A DNA stretch of 54,560 bases from Cyanophyceae cyanobacterium. GTDB lineage: Bacteria; Cyanobacteriota; Cyanobacteriia; Cyanobacteriales; Laspinemataceae. Under the pieces are notes generated by a model. The model saw only the letters and a list, made by a program, of their open reading frames with translations, did no database searches and was not told the origin of the DNA. Shown here piece by piece: positions 49,094-54,560 of the stretch. How positions within the stretch are numbered: the stretch's first letter is position 1; every line of letters begins with the position of its first letter. The stretch lies in assembly GCA_038321985.1 (NCBI GenBank), contig JBBQFN010000036.1, forward strand, positions 1 to 54,560, written 5' to 3'. A program made the translations under genes and the position numbers.

Positions 49094-49360
49094 ATGCTTC
49101 AAAAATTAACGTTTTTCGTCTTTTTTGGTTTAATTATTGGTACGGTAATTGGGGTGCCTCAAGTCAAAGAAAATTTCAGTAAGAATACGGAATTTATTAG
49201 TTCAAATCATACCCATTCTGTTGATTCAGTCACTCAACAAAATCCTGATGAAAAAAGATGTACGATTCCTCGGGGTAGCGGGAGAAGAGATGACTGTTCT
49301 ACTGAATCATTTACACAAACCAGTTCCCAGGAGATGAGAACCGACTCTGTTGCCAGTTAA
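49094..49360 (+). CDS. Small exported protein with an RGSGRR motif (PatX-like)
   Basis: Hydrophobic signal-like N-terminus; CTIPRGSGRRDDC at aa 56-68; GGAGG lies upstream. Confidence 0.6.
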   Translation: MLQKLTFFVFFGLIIGTVIGVPQVKENFSKNTEFISSNHTHSVDSVTQQNPDEKRCTIPRGSGRRDDCSTESFTQTSSQEMRTDSVAS

Positions 49361-49634
49361 TGAATATCAAGTTTAGTGGAATGGTTAAACCCAGTAGGTG
49401 ATCTACTGGGTTTTTTCAGGGGGGAATTCTCTAGGAGTGATGTACTTACCCCGGAGAAAGGACATGGGGAGGTGATGCTGTGCGATCGATCGCCCATGAT
49501 CCATTCCCCAGTTCCACCAATTCAGGGACCCTAACCCTCTACAACCCCTCTTCAATCCACTGATGTAGCGATCGCCTCTCAACGAATGCAACAATAGAGT
49601 ACCTGTTCACTCAATGAAAGTCGTTAACTAACTC

Positions 49635-52265
49635 ATGCCTGCTGTTCCTGAATCCCTCTCCGGTAACCAAATCCGTGACAAGTTTCTCAATTTCTACGCC
49701 GCTAGGGGTCATCAAATCCTTCCTAGTGCCTCTTTAGTCCCGGAAGACCCTACGGTTTTACTGACGATCGCCGGGATGCTGCCGTTTAAACCGATTTTTC
49801 TCGGACAACGCACTCCGGAATTTCCGCGCGCTACAACCTCCCAAAAGTGCATCCGCACCAATGATATTGAAAATGTGGGACGCACTGCCCGCCATCATAC
49901 CTTTTTTGAGATGTTGGGCAATTTTAGCTTTGGGGACTACTTCAAAGAACAGGCGATCGCCTATGCCTGGGAACTCTCTACCCAAGTCTATGGACTTCCT
50001 GCTGATCGCATTGTCGTAAGTGTCTTTCGTGAAGATGATGAAGCGTTTAATATCTGGCGCGATAAAATTGGCATTCCCCCCCACCGCATTAAGCGGATGG
50101 ATGAGGCTGATAATTTCTGGACATCCGGTCCCACGGGTCCCTGTGGTCCTTGTTCGGAATTGTATTATGACTTCCATCCTGAACTCGGGGATGAGAATCT
50201 TGATCTAGAAGATGATACCCGCTTCATTGAATTCTATAACCTGGTTTTCATGCAGTATAACCGGGATGCGGACGGCAATCTCACTCCGTTAGCCAAGCAG
50301 AATATTGATACCGGGTTAGGATTGGAACGGATGGCACAAATTCTCCAAAAAGTGCCGAACAATTATGAAACTGACCTGATTTTCCCAATTGTTAAAAAAG
50401 CGGCGGATATTGCGGGAATTGATTACGCTACAGCCGATGAAAAAACCAAAGTATCTCTTAAAGTAATTGGGGACCATTCCCGCGCAGTGGTACATATGAT
50501 TGCTGATGGAATTACGGCGTCTAATATTGGCCGAGGCTATATCCTGCGCCGATTAATCCGTCGGGTGGTGCGTCATGGACGATTAATTGGGATTGAGGGA
50601 GTGTTTACCCCGGAGGTGGCGGAAGCAGCGATCGCCCTGGGGGAAGGTGCTTATTCTAATCTGCGCGATCGCGAGGCAAGTCTGAAAGCGGAACTCCAAC
50701 GGGAAGAAACACGCTTTTTAGAAACCCTAGAACGGGGTGAGAAACTGTTAGCAGAACTGATGGAGAAAAACCCCAAAGAAATTCCTGGACGGGATGCGTT
50801 TATCCTTTATGATACTTATGGATTCCCCTTAGAGTTGACCCAAGAAATTGTGGAAGAACGGGGAATTACGGTAGAATTGCCTGGTTTTGAGACAGCAATG
50901 GAAGAACAACGGGTGCGATCGCAAGCGGCCCATGAAACCATTGATCTCACGGTTCAAGGTAGTTTAGATAAACTGGCCGAACATATTCACGCCACGGAAT
51001 TTTTAGGCTATTCTGAACCCGTGACTACCTCAGAAGTTACGGTAATTTTGATGGGGGGGAACTCCGTTGAATCTGCTAATGCAGGCGATCGCGTTCAGGT
51101 GGTGTTAGATAAAACGCCATTTTATGCCGAATCCGGGGGACAAATTGGCGATCGCGGATTTCTCTCGGGTCACGATAGTTTAGTCCGAGTGGAAGAGGTG
51201 AAAAAGGAATCAGATTTCTTTGTGCATTTCGGACACATTGAACGGGGAAGTATCTCGGTTGGCGATCGCATTACCGCCCAAATTGATCGCGCTTGTCGCC
51301 GTCGTGCTCAAGCTAATCATACCGCCACTCACTTACTCCAAGCTGCGTTAAAACTGATTGTGGATGAGGGAATTTCTCAAGCGGGTTCTTTGGTTGATTT
51401 TGACCGTTTGCGGTTTGATTTCAACTGTCCTCGTTCCTTGACTCCGGAGGAGTTAAAACAAGTTGAGGACCGGGTAAATACCTGGATTGCCGAAGCGCAT
51501 CAAGCACAGATTGAGACAATGGGACTGACGGAGGCGAGGGCAAAAGGTGCAGTCGCCATGTTTGGGGAGAAATATGCCGATGAAGTGCGCGTAATTGATT
51601 TTCCCGGGGTTTCTATGGAATTGTGCGGAGGAACTCATGTGAGTAATACCGCTGAAATTGGGGCGTTTAAGATTGTTTCAGAATCTGGAGTCGCCTCTGG
51701 GGTAAGGCGGATTGAAGCAGTGGCGGGACCGGCGATTTTGGACTATTTGGAAGTGCGCGATCGCGTGGTGAAGGAATTGAGCGATCGGTTTAAGGTCAAA
51801 CCCGAGGAAATCTGCGATCGCATCGATAGCATTCAAAGCGAATTGAAGGCCACTCAAAAGCAGTTAGATTCTCTCAAAGGGGAATTAGCCATTGTTAAAT
51901 CCGAGCAATTACTATCAACTGCCGAATCGATTGGGGAGTTTAAACTGATTGTTGCCAATCTCGGCGAAGTCGATGCCGATGCGTTAAAAACTGCGGCAGA
52001 ACGGTTACTGCAAAAACTGGGAAATGGTGCAGTAGTTTTGGGTTCAGTTCCTAGTTCTGATAAAGTCAGTTTAGTTGCTGCCTTTAGCAAAGAAGTGAAT
52101 GCTAAAGGATTGCAAGCGGGTAAATTTATTGGCGCGATCGCCAAAATTTGCGGTGGCGGTGGTGGTGGACGTCCCAACCTAGCGCAAGCGGGGGGTCGGG
52201 ACCCCAATCAGTTAAAGCAGGCGTTAGAGACGGCTAAAACTCAGTTAAAAGACGGGTTGCAGTAG
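49635..52265 (+). CDS. alaS: Alanine--tRNA ligase
   Basis: [60 protein letters not shown]. Confidence 0.99.
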   Translation: MPAVPESLSGNQIRDKFLNFYAARGHQILPSASLVPEDPTVLLTIAGMLPFKPIFLGQRTPEFPRATTSQKCIRTNDIENVGRTARHHTFFEMLGNFSFGDYFKEQAIAYAWELSTQVYGLPADRIVVSVFREDDEAFNIWRDKIGIPPHRIKRMDEADNFWTSGPTGPCGPCSELYYDFHPELGDENLDLEDDTRFIEFYNLVFMQYNRDADGNLTPLAKQNIDTGLGLERMAQILQKVPNNYETDLIFPIVKKAADIAGIDYATADEKTKVSLKVIGDHSRAVVHMIADGITASNIGRGYILRRLIRRVVRHGRLIGIEGVFTPEVAEAAIALGEGAYSNLRDREASLKAELQREETRFLETLERGEKLLAELMEKNPKEIPGRDAFILYDTYGFPLELTQEIVEERGITVELPGFETAMEEQRVRSQAAHETIDLTVQGSLDKLAEHIHATEFLGYSEPVTTSEVTVILMGGNSVESANAGDRVQVVLDKTPFYAESGGQIGDRGFLSGHDSLVRVEEVKKESDFFVHFGHIERGSISVGDRITAQIDRACRRRAQANHTATHLLQAALKLIVDEGISQAGSLVDFDRLRFDFNCPRSLTPEELKQVEDRVNTWIAEAHQAQIETMGLTEARAKGAVAMFGEKYADEVRVIDFPGVSMELCGGTHVSNTAEIGAFKIVSESGVASGVRRIEAVAGPAILDYLEVRDRVVKELSDRFKVKPEEICDRIDSIQSELKATQKQLDSLKGELAIVKSEQLLSTAESIGEFKLIVANLGEVDADALKTAAERLLQKLGNGAVVLGSVPSSDKVSLVAAFSKEVNAKGLQAGKFIGAIAKICGGGGGGRPNLAQAGGRDPNQLKQALETAKTQLKDGLQ

Positions 52266-52436
52266 TATAGTCAATGGGGTGGGTAAAGGCCCACCCTTGT
52301 CGCCCTCCCGATGAAGCGAAAGTGGGCGATCGCGGCTGATGTTCTTTGACATAAAATTTAACCTTTTCTACCCTCCCGTTTTTTAACGGCGATCGGATAT
52401 CCTCGGAACAAGCCTTTTTAGGAGAGCGAGATATCT

Positions 52437-54290
52437 ATGCCTAACTTTATCAAGCGAGTTTGGGACCAATTCTTGCACTTACTTTACAAACGCACCATCC
52501 TAATTTTAACTGTTTTATTCTGTATTGGGGTGGGGGTGGCGATGGCAAATATGTCCCGGCTTTCTTCCCATTTGATTTCATCTCAAGCCCTTCAAAATGC
52601 CTCATTATTTGCGGATGCCATGCAAGAAGCTAGGACACTTTACAGTTCCCAAGCTGTTGCTCGTGTTAATGAAATACCGGGAATCAGTGTTACCCACAAC
52701 TATAAAAATCAAACCGGGGCTATCCCTTTACCGGCGACATTCTTATTAGAATTGGGCCATACTATTAGTAAAAAAAATAGTGGGATGTCCGCCCATCTTT
52801 ATAGTGATTACCCCTTTCCCTGGCGGCAGCAAGAAGGGGGACCGAGAGATTCATTTCAACAGGATGCGTTGCGGTATTTAAAAAAATTTCCTAATCGTTC
52901 GTTTTATCGAACCGAAAAAATTGGGAATAATCAGATGTTTCGGTATGCTCAAGCCGATTTAATGAAAGCAACCTGTGTGGCTTGTCATAACTCCCACCCC
53001 GATAGTCCTAAAACTGATTGGAAAGTGGGAGATGTGCGCGGCATTTTAGAAATTTCTCAGCCTTTAGGTAGCTTTATTGCAGATACTCAAAGGGGATTGA
53101 GTGGGACCTTTTTAATGCTGGGTGGACTCTCGGGATTAGCGTTATTTGGACTGACTTTAATTTTGGGTCGCTTACGACAAACTGCCAAAGAATTAGAACA
53201 GCGAGTTCGGGACAGAACTGCTGATTTAGCGATTGCAAATGGGAATTTAGAAAAACGCAATAAATTAATTCAGCAGGTATTTGGACGCTACCTGAGCGAT
53301 AAAGTGGTAGCGAATTTATTGGATACTCCAGAAGCTCTAAAATTAGGAGGCGCTCGGCGTCAAATTACGATTATGACGTCGGATTTACGAGGATTCACTG
53401 CCCTCTCGGAACGACTTCCCCCAGAACAAGTGGTGGAAATTCTCAATTTTTACCTCAAACAGATGGCGGATATCATTACCGAATATGAAGGCACTATTGA
53501 TGAATTCATGGGGGATGGAATTTTAGTGCTATTTGGTGCACCGACTCCGCGATCGGATGACTCGACTCGGGCGGTTGCCTGTGCCCTGGCGATGCAATTA
53601 GCAATGAAAGAGGTTAATGAAAAAATGACCGAATGGAATTTATCTCCCCTAGAAATGGGGATTGGAATTAATACGGGGGAAGTCGTATTGGGAAATATTG
53701 GTTCAGAAAAACGCACGAAATATGGTGTGGTAGGCAGTCAGGTTAATTTAACTTATCGCATTGAATCTTACACTATGGGGAGTCAAGTTCTGATTTCCAG
53801 TTCAACCTTGAGGTCTATTACGGTTCCTTTAAGGATCACGCATCAAAAACAGGTGAAACCCAAAGGCGTCAAAGAACCCATTACCATCTATGAAATCGGA
53901 GGAATTGGCGGTGATTATAATCTTTATCTAACCCCCGAAGAAGAGATTTTTATGAGGCTGACTGACTGCATTCCGATTCAATATACGATTTTAGAGGGAA
54001 AACATATTGGAGATGTTAGTCTCTATGGAGAATTAGTGAGGCTTTCTGCTAAAGGTGCGGAAATTCGCCCGAAAGAAGGAAATGAAAATGTGATGCCTCA
54101 TCCGATGAGTAATATTAAATTGAACCTCGTGCTGTTCCCCGATAATCCTTTAAAAATGAGCGAAGATGTCTATGCAAAAGTGCTGGATAATTCAGCAGGC
54201 CCGGGCAGTTTTTCTATTCGATTTACGGCTAAACCTCCGGAGGTTACAGAAAAGTTAGATAGTCTCTATCAAGCCCTGAAAACGACGTGA
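52437..54290 (+). CDS. Membrane class III nucleotidyl cyclase with DUF3365/Tll0287-like heme-c sensor; Cya2-like, probable guanylate cyclase
   Basis: TM - sensor with CVACH - TM - coiled coil - SDLRGFT, IDEFMGDG, GIGINTG, KYGVVGSQVNLTYRIE, then a PilZ-like tail. Confidence 0.88.
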   Translation: MPNFIKRVWDQFLHLLYKRTILILTVLFCIGVGVAMANMSRLSSHLISSQALQNASLFADAMQEARTLYSSQAVARVNEIPGISVTHNYKNQTGAIPLPATFLLELGHTISKKNSGMSAHLYSDYPFPWRQQEGGPRDSFQQDALRYLKKFPNRSFYRTEKIGNNQMFRYAQADLMKATCVACHNSHPDSPKTDWKVGDVRGILEISQPLGSFIADTQRGLSGTFLMLGGLSGLALFGLTLILGRLRQTAKELEQRVRDRTADLAIANGNLEKRNKLIQQVFGRYLSDKVVANLLDTPEALKLGGARRQITIMTSDLRGFTALSERLPPEQVVEILNFYLKQMADIITEYEGTIDEFMGDGILVLFGAPTPRSDDSTRAVACALAMQLAMKEVNEKMTEWNLSPLEMGIGINTGEVVLGNIGSEKRTKYGVVGSQVNLTYRIESYTMGSQVLISSSTLRSITVPLRITHQKQVKPKGVKEPITIYEIGGIGGDYNLYLTPEEEIFMRLTDCIPIQYTILEGKHIGDVSLYGELVRLSAKGAEIRPKEGNENVMPHPMSNIKLNLVLFPDNPLKMSEDVYAKVLDNSAGPGSFSIRFTAKPPEVTEKLDSLYQALKTT

Positions 54291-54560
54291 TAGAGTCCGG
54301 GTAGATGACTGGGAAAATAGGAGATAGGGAGTAATCACATTTTGCTCCCGACTGTAACAGGGAGCAAGACGCTCCGATTATGCTCTTGCTTGTCTAAAGA
54401 AAGAGATGAAAAAATCAGGAAACTGGCTCTTCAGACTTTTTGGTGATAAGTTTTTCTAATTAGTTTTGTACTCGCTCCCCAGCCCAGGAACTGAAAGCCT
54501 TACAAGTCAAGGCTTCTAGCTCTAAAAGTGACCAAAACGAGTCTCATAAATCCCCAAAAT

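Overview
A 54.6 kb chromosomal segment from a filamentous cyanobacterium. The HIP1 octamer GCGATCGC is very frequent, and gene content suggests Oscillatoriales (inference). The core backbone is ssrA (tmRNA), serS, rseP, nth, rpsN, aat, holA, cobH, cbiET, leuB and alaS. Interspersed are signalling genes (two histidine kinases, a REC-GAF regulator, an HTH-NACHT protein, a heme-c nucleotidyl cyclase), two TPR-glycosyltransferases, an rtcB-COG0523 GTPase-archease operon and a radical SAM/methyltransferase pair. There is also an alcohol dehydrogenase inserted between direct repeats beside an ISKra4 remnant, and a small decayed defence island (MNT pseudogene, orphan antitoxin-like ORF, m5C MTase plus BsuBI/PstI-type REase, NB-ARC remnant). 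The most interesting unexplained signal is three tandem, diverged ~190 bp non-coding cassettes at 43444-44288. Each has a conserved operator/-10 block, four 11-bp-phased repeats, a covarying stem around a unique 35-38 nt loop, and a terminal hairpin, which suggests an undescribed small-RNA array. Other leads are a double-domain HNH-like protein starting directly after the tmRNA terminator, next to a tmRNA with non-consensus bases; a metallochaperone embedded in the RtcB-archease operon; and a secreted RGSGRR (PatX-like) peptide. All calls come from reading motifs by eye; no searches were run.
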